Assembly: GCA_041663425.1 (NCBI GenBank)
Contig: JBAYMS010000001.1
Coordinates: 8,884-72,883, forward strand
Origin: Candidatus Omnitrophota bacterium
GTDB lineage: Bacteria > Omnitrophota > Gorgyraeia > 2-01-FULL-45-10
Length of the DNA stretch: 64,000 nucleotides
Direction: 5' to 3'
Position numbers and translations under genes: made by a program. Below the pieces are notes generated by a model. It was not told the DNA's origin, searched no databases, and saw only the letters and a program-made list of their open reading frames with translations. Positions within the stretch are counted from its first letter, which is position 1; the number at the start of each line of letters is the position of its first letter. Positions 39,607-48,745 of this stretch are shown here, in pieces.

Positions 39607-42477
39607 ATGAACTATCCACGAGGGTCGGAATGGAGAAAATGGGACTTACATTTACACACACCGTCTTCTTATGATTACGATGACAAGAGCGTCACAGATG
39701 AGCAATTGATTAAAACCTTAAAAGAAAACGAAATTACCGTTGTAGCTATAACGGATCATCATTTTATAGATGTTGAAAAGATAAAGAAACTACAAGAATT
39801 AGCAAAAGACGAAATTACAATATTCCCGGGGATTGAGCTTCGAGCAGAGCTGGGAGGTAGCGAATCCATCCATTTTATAGGAATATTCCCAGAGGATTCT
39901 GATGTAAATGATATTTGGACAAAATTACAGGGGCAGTTAGAATTAACGCCAGCGGATGTAAAGAAAAAAGGTAATGATAAGATTTATTGCCATTTGAATA
40001 AGGCCGCCGAGCTTATTCATCAGTTGGGAGGCATTATAACTATTCATGCTGGCTCGAAAAGTAACTCGGTTGAAAAAATCACTAATGCGCTTCCATATAA
40101 AGAAGCGCTTAAAGAAGACATTGTGAAATCTATCAATGTCTATGAAATCGGGAATTCAGCCGATGTGGAAGGATACAGAAGCAATGTTTTTCCGAACATA
40201 GGGATTAAAATTCCTTTGGTAATTTGTTCTGACAACCACGATATAAAAAAGTATGTGTTAAAAGAGAATTGTTGGATAAAAGCAGATCCAACATTTACCG
40301 GGTTAAAGCAGATTATATTAGAGCCGGAGGATAGGGTATATATTGGCAAAGCTCCAACGAGGAGGAAAAACCTCGCCAGCGTAATCGACAAGATTGAGAT
40401 TAGTAATTCTAACGGGTGGTTTGAGGAATCCCCTATTGTTTTAAACGAAGACTTGGTCACCATAATAGGAGAAAAAGGTGCCGGTAAGACCGCGCTTGCC
40501 GATTTTATAGCTCTGGCGGGCGGGGATTTTGGGCTTCAAAAAAGCGATGCTAGCTCTTTTGTATTCAAAGCTCTAACCCCTACCAAACAAATCGAGAAGA
40601 CCATTGAAAATTGTCAAGTAACTATCAAATGGAAAGAGGGCAATCCCGACCAGATAACTATAAACAAAGAGCTGGTTGATTATAAACCTACGAAGAAAGT
40701 AAAATATTTATCTCAAAGTTTTATTGAGGAAAAATGTCGCCCAGAACACGCTGATGAATTGAGAAAAGAAATCGAGAATATCGTTTTTCAATATATACCA
40801 ACATCCGATAGGCTTGGGCAAACAACATTTAACGATTTAAAACGTTTAATGACGCGGGGTATTGAAGTAGAAAAAAGTAACTGCAGACAGCTTTTATTCG
40901 ACCTCAATGGTGAAATTTCTATTCTAAGAGACGAGATAGATAATCTCGAAGTACAAAAGTCAACTAAGAAGAAAACTGAAGATGAAATAACTCAGTTAAA
41001 TGAACAGAAACCAAAACCTGCTGATGCCGAGGAAAAAGCCATCGAAGATAAGCTGGCTATTTTATATACCAAGAAAAGTGAGATTAACGAAAAAGTTGCA
41101 GAATGCAAGTTGCAATTAAGCACCATAGAATCTATAAAAACAAAGCTGCTAGCTCTAAGTCAATACGTTGAAAAAGAATTGATTAGCATTAAGACGGACC
41201 TTGATTCAATAGCTTTAGGCAGTATTTACAACAAGCTAACATTTTCAATAAATCCAGAATTTCATACGAAGCTTGATGAAGCTAAGAATAAGCTGACGAA
41301 ACAGATTAAAGATTTTGAAGGAGCGCCGGAAAAAGTATCGTCCCTCACCGAAGATGAGAAAAAACTAGAGCTGATAACGACTGATTTTGTCAATGGGCTC
41401 ACACTTTCTCGTTTAGATGTAATTATAGAATGGCTAGAAACAAAATCGAGCATTGCCTATGATGCAAGAAAAGTTATTAAGGATTTCGAAGAGAAAATAG
41501 AGAAAAATAAGAAAGCAGTAGCATCTTTAGAAAAAAGCATCGCCGAGGTAGAGAAAACAAAAAAACCTACTCTTGCGAAGAAAATCGAGGAAAGAAATAG
41601 TGCCTATAAAAGTTATTTCACTTTGCTCCAAAAAGAAAAAAGTGTATTTGAAAGCCTGAGCGCACCTATTAAAACAAAAATTGATTCAGAGAATGTTGGT
41701 GATAAGCAGATAGGTTACTCAGCAAGAATTGAATTTGATGTTAATGGATTTTATGAAAAAGCATGTGAAATAATAAATTTCAAAGCAGCTGGTCATTATC
41801 ATCAAGATGGCCAACTGTTATTTAAAGATATCAAAGCCATAGCAGAAAAGATTGAGCTCGCAGAAGATGCCGATGTTTGCGCTTGTCTTGTAGACCGGTT
41901 CATTCAAACATTCGAAAAAGATGATGGTAGCGATGTTGATATTAAAACTCAACTGAAAAAAGGTAAAAAACAAATTGATTTTGATGCATGGCTTTTTGGT
42001 ATTTCATTCTTCAGCGTGACATATAGCATAAAATACCAAGATACTTATATTGAATTGCTATCTCCTGGAAAAAAAGGGATAGTGTTGTTACTAATGTATC
42101 TCACGTTAGATGCTGAGAGTGGCATACCGTTGATTATAGACCAACCAGAAGAAAATCTAGACAACAAATCCGTATATGCGCATCTAATAGAATACTTCCG
42201 CCAAGCCAAGAAGCGGCGGCAAATTATCGTTGTAACACACAATCCGAATTTAGTATTAAATACAGATGCCGAACAAGTGCTTGTTGCTGATTTTCAAGTC
42301 GTACCACCTGCGGGGCAAGCAAGAATAAGATATATAAGCGGGTCTATAGAAAATTCGTTTATTAACGAGTCTCTCAAAGACCCTCTCAGAAGACAGGGTA
42401 TTCGCGAGCATGGTGCCGAGATATTGGAGGGCGGTAAAAAGGCCTTTATTCAGCGAAAAGATAAGTACGAATACTAA
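39607..42477 (+). CDS. Fusion protein: N-terminal PHP phosphoesterase domain plus a Rad50/SbcC/RecN-like coiled-coil ABC ATPase.
   Basis: PHP motifs WDLHLHT, ITDHH, GIE and SDNHD in roughly the first 230 aa. Walker A GEKGAGKT. About 350 aa of K/E-rich coiled coil. C-terminal signature LSPGKKG, Walker B LIIDQPEENLD and H-loop VVTHNP. Confidence 0.65.
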   Translation: MNYPRGSEWRKWDLHLHTPSSYDYDDKSVTDEQLIKTLKENEITVVAITDHHFIDVEKIKKLQELAKDEITIFPGIELRAELGGSESIHFIGIFPEDSDVNDIWTKLQGQLELTPADVKKKGNDKIYCHLNKAAELIHQLGGIITIHAGSKSNSVEKITNALPYKEALKEDIVKSINVYEIGNSADVEGYRSNVFPNIGIKIPLVICSDNHDIKKYVLKENCWIKADPTFTGLKQIILEPEDRVYIGKAPTRRKNLASVIDKIEISNSNGWFEESPIVLNEDLVTIIGEKGAGKTALADFIALAGGDFGLQKSDASSFVFKALTPTKQIEKTIENCQVTIKWKEGNPDQITINKELVDYKPTKKVKYLSQSFIEEKCRPEHADELRKEIENIVFQYIPTSDRLGQTTFNDLKRLMTRGIEVEKSNCRQLLFDLNGEISILRDEIDNLEVQKSTKKKTEDEITQLNEQKPKPADAEEKAIEDKLAILYTKKSEINEKVAECKLQLSTIESIKTKLLALSQYVEKELISIKTDLDSIALGSIYNKLTFSINPEFHTKLDEAKNKLTKQIKDFEGAPEKVSSLTEDEKKLELITTDFVNGLTLSRLDVIIEWLETKSSIAYDARKVIKDFEEKIEKNKKAVASLEKSIAEVEKTKKPTLAKKIEERNSAYKSYFTLLQKEKSVFESLSAPIKTKIDSENVGDKQIGYSARIEFDVNGFYEKACEIINFKAAGHYHQDGQLLFKDIKAIAEKIELAEDADVCACLVDRFIQTFEKDDGSDVDIKTQLKKGKKQIDFDAWLFGISFFSVTYSIKYQDTYIELLSPGKKGIVLLLMYLTLDAESGIPLIIDQPEENLDNKSVYAHLIEYFRQAKKRRQIIVVTHNPNLVLNTDAEQVLVADFQVVPPAGQARIRYISGSIENSFINESLKDPLRRQGIREHGAEILEGGKKAFIQRKDKYEY

Positions 42478-42655
42478 GTTTAATAATCAATTGCTGAGAA
42501 TAAATATAAACAAGAACTGATTAATCGCTGGTCTAAGCTTTATGGTAAACAGATAACCGAAGAAGAATATCGACAGATTTGTGATAATTTAAGCGGTTAC
42601 ATTAAACTTTTGTATGAGTGGGATATGAAAGATAAAACGCAAAAAGGAGAGCACA

Positions 42656-42880
42656 ATGCCAAGGATAGCAAGTAATGTTTGCCCAGCGTGTCATAATAAG
42701 TTTCCTGCACACAAAGGTAACACGAAAACTTTTAGACAACTTACGCCGGCGGAGAGAAGTAGGTCTATTAGAATGATGGCTATCAATTTAAAGAAGGCTA
42801 TAAATGCTGACTTGCCATCGACCCGTATCAGACGGCTTTTTTGGGTTATAGATTATATGGCGCGGCAGGGAAGCAGGTAA
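42656..42880 (+). CDS. Hypothetical small protein, low confidence; lies in a region of gene remnants beside the IS.
   Basis: 74-aa ORF with a single CPAC motif. An unanchored open frame upstream (42497..42679) has no start codon. Likely decayed island cargo. Confidence 0.2.
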   Translation: MPRIASNVCPACHNKFPAHKGNTKTFRQLTPAERSRSIRMMAINLKKAINADLPSTRIRRLFWVIDYMARQGSR

Positions 42881-43037
42881 CAAATGATACATGAAAAAAA
42901 CGTATTTAACGATATCTTCGCTGATTTGATTTGCCATTCCCAGTTTGATGGAGGGCATAATCCTTTAGATTATTTGCACTATATGGACAAAATGGAACAG
43001 GCTAGAAAAAATAATAATGAAGAAGTGACCTTACCCC

Positions 43038-43751
43038 TTACACTGCACAGCTCGTAAGGTGAATTTCTGGTGTTTTTTGTTGTTCTTTCCAGGCCTTGGT
43101 GAACTCTGCCGGAGTTAGACCGTCTAACGATCCGTGAGGCCTGAATGTATTATACTCCACTCTCCAGTCTTCGATAATCTTTTTTGCTTCTTCAATCGTA
43201 ACGAAGTAATGTTGATTGAGGCATTCGTGCCGTAGCCTACCATTGAACGACTCGATAAAAGCGTTCTGTATGGGCTTGCCGGGCTTTATAAAGTCAAGCC
43301 TAGCACCGTTATCATACGCCCATTTATCAAGGGCTCGTCCCGCGAACTCAGGACCGTTATCGGTCGTGATTACTTGCGGACATCCTCTTGTAAGAACTAG
43401 CCAATCAAGCACTCTCGTTACTCTGTTACCGTCTATAGACGTATCGACTTCGATAGAGAGACATTCTTTAGTAAAGATATCAAGCACGTTCAGCGTCTTT
43501 ATCTTCCTGCCGTTCCATAACCCGTCTGACATAAAGTCCATCGCCCAGCGTTCATTGGGCTTCGAGGCTTCCGGTAGCTCTAGTCTGATCATTGAGGCTC
43601 TCTTGTGACGTTTGCGAAGCTTTAGCGCGAGGCTATTCTCCTTATAGATGCGCTCGGTGCGCTTATGGTTTACTACAAGTCCCTCACGATGCAATATATC
43701 GTGAAGCATCGGAAGTCCCCAGCTCTTATGCGTAGCTATAAGCTCCTTCAT
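43038..43751 (-). CDS. IS3-family transposase OrfB (integrase core / DDE). It probably extends upstream to about 43888 as an OrfAB fusion through frameshifting.
   Basis: rve-domain motifs: WAMDFM...D, the VITTDNGPEF region, and ...E at FIESFNGRLRHECLN. Confidence 0.8.
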   Translation of the reverse strand: MKELIATHKSWGLPMLHDILHREGLVVNHKRTERIYKENSLALKLRKRHKRASMIRLELPEASKPNERWAMDFMSDGLWNGRKIKTLNVLDIFTKECLSIEVDTSIDGNRVTRVLDWLVLTRGCPQVITTDNGPEFAGRALDKWAYDNGARLDFIKPGKPIQNAFIESFNGRLRHECLNQHYFVTIEEAKKIIEDWRVEYNTFRPHGSLDGLTPAEFTKAWKEQQKTPEIHLTSCAV

Positions 43752-43888
43752 ACGGTCTAATATCTTCGCATCGTTATTAGCTCTACTGGTCTTGTAATAA
43801 TAGCTTGATCTATTAAGCTCTACAAGCCTGCATGATCTAGCCTTCGACAGCCCAAAGCGCTCTTTTAACCGAGCTACAGCAAGTCTCT

Positions 43889-44167
43889 TTACTTTGGGCT
43901 TAGGAAGTTTTTTGAGTTGAGCGCCTTTAACGCCTGGTTATCGAGTGTTAAGTCCGCGACTATGTTCTTTAGTCTGCGGTTCTCATCCTCGAGCGCCCTT
44001 AGTTTCTTCGCGTCTGATACTTCCATGCCGCCATACTTCGATATCCACTTATAGATCGTGCCTTCACAGACATTAGCTTCTCTTGAGATATCTGAAACCG
44101 CCACTCCTTGCTCATGTCTCTTTAAAAAAGCTATTATCTGTTCCTCTGTAAATCTTTTGCGTGACAT
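43889..44167 (-). CDS. IS3-family transposase OrfA (HTH).
   Basis: MSRKRFTEEQIIAFLKRHEQGVAVSDISREANVCEGTIYKWISKY...LEDENRRLKN is the typical IS3 OrfA with a leucine zipper. Confidence 0.8.
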   Translation of the reverse strand: MSRKRFTEEQIIAFLKRHEQGVAVSDISREANVCEGTIYKWISKYGGMEVSDAKKLRALEDENRRLKNIVADLTLDNQALKALNSKNFLSPK

Positions 44168-44517
44168 ATCCCGAGCCTCCTTTACGTAGCTATTGGTAGC
44201 TACGGTTATACACTAGGAAACTCGCCTTGTAAACTGTCTAGTTTAGCGGGGTAGGGTCACTTTCGTCAGTTTAAATTATGGCGAGCCCGCAGATTTTTAC
44301 ATTGTCCCAAGCAAAGTCGTTGCAACCTTCATAAAAAAACATAATCGAAAGTGGCTTAAGACCCCCGGCAGAAAAGGCCAGAAACACAACCAAACCTCAA
44401 TGAGACAATTTAGAGACGACGAACAGCGATATCGTAACGCATATTACCTCATGAAGTTGTAATATTTTGTAAATTTATATAATAGTTTAAGGGACGGTTC
44501 TGACGAAAATCTGACCG

Positions 44518-45084
44518 GTGACATACCACCGACAGGTTCCTATGATACTCAAAGACTATGACATATCGTTAGTATATAGGCTACTTGAGCCGGGCCCGGT
44601 TGTGATGGTAACAACATCGCGGGATGGCAGGCCCAATGTTATGACTATGTCCTGGCATACCATGATGGAATTTACCCCGCCTCTTATAGGATGTGTTATA
44701 AGTGACAGGAATTACACATTCGATGCGCTCAAAGCCACAAAAGAATGCGTTATTGCGATACCTTCGGTAAAGCTTGCAGGCAAAGTGGTGCAGGTGGGCA
44801 GTGTTTCAGGCCGGAACACGGATAAATTTAAAACAATAGGACTTACTCCGAAACCCGCCTTTATAGTGAAAGCGCCTATCATAGCCGAATGTTTTGCAAA
44901 CATAGAATGCAGGGTGGTAGATACCTCGCTGGTAAATAAATATAATTTCTTCATAATGGAAGCGGTGAAAGCTTCCATAGATCACGCGCAAAAAAATCCG
45001 AAAACCCTCCATCATCATGGTAAAGGAACGTTCGTTTCCGATGGCGTAAAAATAAGGCGTAAATTTAACAGCCTTGAGCCATAG
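44518..45084 (+). CDS. Flavin reductase-like (FMN-binding split-barrel) domain protein.
   Basis: GPVVMVTTSRDGRPNVMTMSWHTMM and ...GSVSGRNTDKF are typical Flavin_Reduct motifs. Confidence 0.65.
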   Translation: MTYHRQVPMILKDYDISLVYRLLEPGPVVMVTTSRDGRPNVMTMSWHTMMEFTPPLIGCVISDRNYTFDALKATKECVIAIPSVKLAGKVVQVGSVSGRNTDKFKTIGLTPKPAFIVKAPIIAECFANIECRVVDTSLVNKYNFFIMEAVKASIDHAQKNPKTLHHHGKGTFVSDGVKIRRKFNSLEP

Positions 45085-45126
45085 AAAATAAAAATCGCAC
45101 TTATATTTGACACTTGCACATACATC

Positions 45127-47085
45127 ATGTATACTTCATCAAAAACCGAAAGGAAATTAATGTCAAATAAATCTATATTTGCGGCAGTAATAACAGTATT
45201 TGTTTTATTTATAACTTCCGTTTCTTTTGCAAGTCAAGCGTCAACCACTTCCACCAATCAAAGCGAGATCAAACCCTACTGGTTTTTAGATGCGCCTAAA
45301 GAATGGCCCGCCCAGGTAATGCCTGGTATGCGCGGCGGGACTGAGAAACTTAAAAGCTATATCGACAATCTCATCCCTGTTTTTGGCACAAAAGATATCA
45401 TACTATTTGCTGATTATAAATCTGTTATGGGAGCCAGAGGTTCAAACGAAGAGAATATAGGAATAGGGTTAAGAGATCTTCTCTTCGACGAAAAGCTTAT
45501 CCTGGGAGGCAATTTCTTCTATGATACCCGCTATACGGAAAACAAGATAAGGCATCATCAGCTGGCATTTGGTTTGGAGGGTTTGACGAAATGGGTAGAT
45601 GTAAGGTCTAATTTTTACTTTCCGATATCGGGTAGGCAGATGCTAAGCGGTGATACTACATATTTATTCGGCTCGAAAAGCCTGGATGTGCAGAACACAT
45701 ACGAAGAACCGTTAACCGGCATTGATTACGAAGCAGGTGTTCTTATACCATGTTTGTCTGATTACGTTGAGACAAGAGCATTTCTGGGAGGATATAACTA
45801 TTTTCCCGGCATAGGTAAAGGGCTTAACGGTATAAAGGCAAGGTTTGAAGTCCGTCCCATAAAGGCGCTTACGGTAAATGTTGAGATGAAAAGCGATAAT
45901 TACGGTGCGCCCCAATATTTTGTTGAAGGTTTTATGACAATCCCTCTCGATACGATGAACGTATTCAAAATAAAAAATCCATTTACCGAATTTGGAAAAT
46001 ACTTCTCCTATAAAAAGGGCATTAGGTCTTTAAGAGAACGTATGGTTGATAGAGTAGTGAGAGACATAGACGTAACCGCTAAAAGCACTCCTACGGTACG
46101 GTCAAAAGCTCATGATCTTACCTATGTAGACAACACATATTATAGCGGATACTCGAATGGTTCGCTGGATCGCCCGTATACGACTATAGCCGATGGTATA
46201 ACAAATGCCACGGGAGACCATTGGATTTACGTAAAAGGCACCGGCACTAATTATGCCGGCAATCTTAACCTCCCCTCAAACTACGTTCTTTGGGGTAGTG
46301 CTTATAATGGAGGCTTCCAGAATCTCGGCGTAAGCGGTGTTTATCCCGTCATAAGCGGCGGCACTCAATGCTTAACTATTAATAATAATAATACGGTTAT
46401 GGGGATGAAGATGCAGAGCGCCACGGACAACGGTATCAAATTTACCGCAGGGACCACATTAACCGGAACGATAAAACATAATATCTGTAATAGCAACGGC
46501 AACAACGGAATAGATCTGGACAGCAACACAGCTACGATCACAAGCTTCACCATCGACAGTAATACGCTCAATAGTAATACCAGTAATGGAATAAACTTTG
46601 GAGGCAATAGCGGGACGATGCGTAACGTTACTATTTCCAATAATATGATAGACAGCAACGGGGATGATGCAATAAGGATGTGGGCAAACTCAGGGACACT
46701 GACCGGTTTTCTCATCTCTAATAATACGTGCAGCAATGCCGGCCTTCACCATGGAATAGATATGGATGGCAATGGTGGCACTATGAGTAATTTTACGTTC
46801 TTGCGTAACGTCATAACAGGTAATAACCGGGACGGAATAATGATGAAGGGCGGGACTATAACCGGCATTAATTTTGGCGATGGCACAGCAGGCGGCTATA
46901 ACTCCATCTATAATAACAACCAAGCGGCTGGCAGCTATTACGATTTTGAAAACCAAACCGGAAACGCTGTCTACGCCCAGTATAACTGGTGGGGACAGGC
47001 TACCGGACCGGGCGCAGGGCAGATTTACAATAGTGCCACTAGCAGCACAAATTCTTCAAATTACCTATCCTCAAATCCAAACTAA
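45127..47085 (+). CDS. Secreted protein: an inverse-autotransporter-like N-terminal beta-barrel region followed by right-handed parallel beta-helix repeats. A signal peptide probably begins at the MSNKSIF Met near 45160.
   Basis: Signal peptide. The N-terminal region reads as an intimin/invasin-type beta-domain. Then repeated N/G/T-rich ~22-aa units follow (NNGIDLDSNTATITSFTIDSN..., GNNRDGIMMKGGTITGINF). Confidence 0.5.
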   Translation: MYTSSKTERKLMSNKSIFAAVITVFVLFITSVSFASQASTTSTNQSEIKPYWFLDAPKEWPAQVMPGMRGGTEKLKSYIDNLIPVFGTKDIILFADYKSVMGARGSNEENIGIGLRDLLFDEKLILGGNFFYDTRYTENKIRHHQLAFGLEGLTKWVDVRSNFYFPISGRQMLSGDTTYLFGSKSLDVQNTYEEPLTGIDYEAGVLIPCLSDYVETRAFLGGYNYFPGIGKGLNGIKARFEVRPIKALTVNVEMKSDNYGAPQYFVEGFMTIPLDTMNVFKIKNPFTEFGKYFSYKKGIRSLRERMVDRVVRDIDVTAKSTPTVRSKAHDLTYVDNTYYSGYSNGSLDRPYTTIADGITNATGDHWIYVKGTGTNYAGNLNLPSNYVLWGSAYNGGFQNLGVSGVYPVISGGTQCLTINNNNTVMGMKMQSATDNGIKFTAGTTLTGTIKHNICNSNGNNGIDLDSNTATITSFTIDSNTLNSNTSNGINFGGNSGTMRNVTISNNMIDSNGDDAIRMWANSGTLTGFLISNNTCSNAGLHHGIDMDGNGGTMSNFTFLRNVITGNNRDGIMMKGGTITGINFGDGTAGGYNSIYNNNQAAGSYYDFENQTGNAVYAQYNWWGQATGPGAGQIYNSATSSTNSSNYLSSNPN

Positions 47086-47107
47086 TTCTTAGGTAGATTG
47101 AAACCGC

Positions 47108-47156
47108 GGGGACGGCTCTGAATGTAATTTCAGAACCGTCCCCAAATTTTTATTTT
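47108..47156 (+). terminator. Rho-independent terminator after the beta-helix protein gene.
   Basis: A 15-bp stem GGGGACGGCTCTGAA / TTCAGAACCGTCCCC with one mismatch and a 6-nt loop, followed by AAATTTTTATTTT. Confidence 0.6.
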
Positions 47157-47237
47157 ATATTATCATTATCAAAAACTTGTCAACCGTGCATTTTTAATGT
47201 AAGCTTAAACCGCTGATGTTAAAAACAGAGGAGCGGC

Positions 47238-47642
47238 ATGGCCCAGAAAATATTGATAGTAGATGACGAAAAAGATTTTATCGATATGCTTGCCGAAAGG
47301 CTTATGGCAAAAGGATTTAACATAGTCGAAGCCTTTAACGGAAAAGATGGGCTCGATAAAGCGCATGCAGAAAAGCCTGATGTGATAGTGCTCGACCTGA
47401 CAATGCCGGAGATGAGCGGTTATGATGTATGCAGAAAGCTTAAAATAGATAAAAATTATAAAGACATACCGATCATAATGTTGACTGGAAAGTTCCAGCC
47501 AAACGATATAGAGTTCGGCAGGGAAATGGGAGCAGATGCGTATCTGACAAAACCGCTGGAGTTGAAAGCGTTATCCCACAAGATAGACGCGCTCTTACGC
47601 CTTCGGGATAAAAATAAAAAAATAAAAGGAGTATCAAGATGA
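47238..47642 (+). CDS. Single-domain response regulator (CheY-like receiver).
   Basis: ILIVDDEKDF...PDVIVLDLTMPEMSG...LTGK are the receiver-domain motifs; no output domain. Confidence 0.8.
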   Translation: MAQKILIVDDEKDFIDMLAERLMAKGFNIVEAFNGKDGLDKAHAEKPDVIVLDLTMPEMSGYDVCRKLKIDKNYKDIPIIMLTGKFQPNDIEFGREMGADAYLTKPLELKALSHKIDALLRLRDKNKKIKGVSR

Positions 47643-48745
47643 AGAAAATGCTTGTTGCGCTGTTCGGCATTGTGTTTTTAACATCATCAGTAATAATTCC
47701 TGCCGAGGCCTGCACAAGTTTTCTTTTAAAAACCAAAAACGGCAGCCCTGTTTATGGACGCACATGTGAGTGGGGTGCTTTTGATACCGAGCCAGATATT
47801 GTAATGGTGCCGCGCAACTATAAATTTACTTCTAAGCTGAAAGACGGCAAATTGGGAATGACCTGGAAAAATAAATATGGATACGTTGCTATAAACGCTC
47901 TTAACCTGCCATTCTACCTGGACGGCATGAATGAAACCGGTCTTACCATAGGCGGTTTGTATTTACCGGCGTTCGCCGAATTTCAGCCCTTTAAAGCCAG
48001 TGAGCAATCTGTTACTGTAAATAATCTCGATCTGATAGGTTATATACTGGGCCAGTTCAAGACGACAGGAGAGGTCAGGGCCGCATTGCCAAAACTACGC
48101 ATTGTAGAATTGTCTAAAGATGTTCTCAACGTGCCTATGCCTCTGCATTATGTTGTTACAGACAGCACGGGGAATTCTATAGTGATCGAATATGTTAAAG
48201 GCTCGCTGAATATTTACGATAATACAATCGGGGTTATGACTAATTCCCCGGGTTACGACTGGCATATAATAAATTTACGCAACTATACTCATCTTACGCC
48301 ATACGGCGAAGAACCAGGCGATAAAGAAATAAACGGTGCTAATTTTACTCCCGTTGGTGTAGGCGACGGTATGACGGGTCTGCCCGGCGACTACTCGTCG
48401 GCATCCCGCTTTATCCGGGCTTTTTTCTATACAGAGACGTCCCTTCCGCTCGAAGATGCTGACGCGGCGATAAATCAGGCATCCCGCATTCTTAATAACT
48501 TCGATTATCCCAAAGGTTTTGAACGCAATGGAACTTCGGAAAAATATACGCTTGGATATACGCAGTGGAGTGTGATAGGCGACATCCGGAATAAGCGCTA
48601 CTATTGGTGGACGGAATGGAACCGCCAGATGCGCATGGTCGATCTGAATAAATTGAGTTTCAGCGGCAGTGAAATTGCTGTCAGCCAGCTGGACAAGGTG
48701 CGGATGCAAAACGTAGACGACCGGACCAGGGATTTCCAAAAATGA
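47639..48745 (+). CDS. Choloylglycine hydrolase / linear amide C-N hydrolase (Ntn hydrolase) family protein, secreted.
   Basis: A signal peptide is followed by AEACTSFLLKT, placing the nucleophile Cys at the mature N-terminus. A conserved NSP/GYDWH-like region follows. Confidence 0.7.
   Translation: MKKMLVALFGIVFLTSSVIIPAEACTSFLLKTKNGSPVYGRTCEWGAFDTEPDIVMVPRNYKFTSKLKDGKLGMTWKNKYGYVAINALNLPFYLDGMNETGLTIGGLYLPAFAEFQPFKASEQSVTVNNLDLIGYILGQFKTTGEVRAALPKLRIVELSKDVLNVPMPLHYVVTDSTGNSIVIEYVKGSLNIYDNTIGVMTNSPGYDWHIINLRNYTHLTPYGEEPGDKEINGANFTPVGVGDGMTGLPGDYSSASRFIRAFFYTETSLPLEDADAAINQASRILNNFDYPKGFERNGTSEKYTLGYTQWSVIGDIRNKRYYWWTEWNRQMRMVDLNKLSFSGSEIAVSQLDKVRMQNVDDRTRDFQK

Larger units (their letters stand above)
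43027..44259 (-). mobile_element. IS3-family insertion sequence, about 1.23 kb, with orfA/orfB and a putative -1 programmed frameshift.
   Basis: Imperfect terminal inverted repeats: left TGACCTTACCCCTTACACTG, and revcomp of the right end ...GCGGGGTAGGGTCA. OrfA HTH plus OrfB DDE (rve) core. An A6C slippery run on the minus strand near 43906..43912. Confidence 0.7.

Noticed and set aside
43024-44262. Target-site duplication flanking the IS3 element.
   Set aside because: The flanking trinucleotides (aag / ctt or ttt) do not match. The ends may be mis-assigned by a base or two, so no TSD is claimed.
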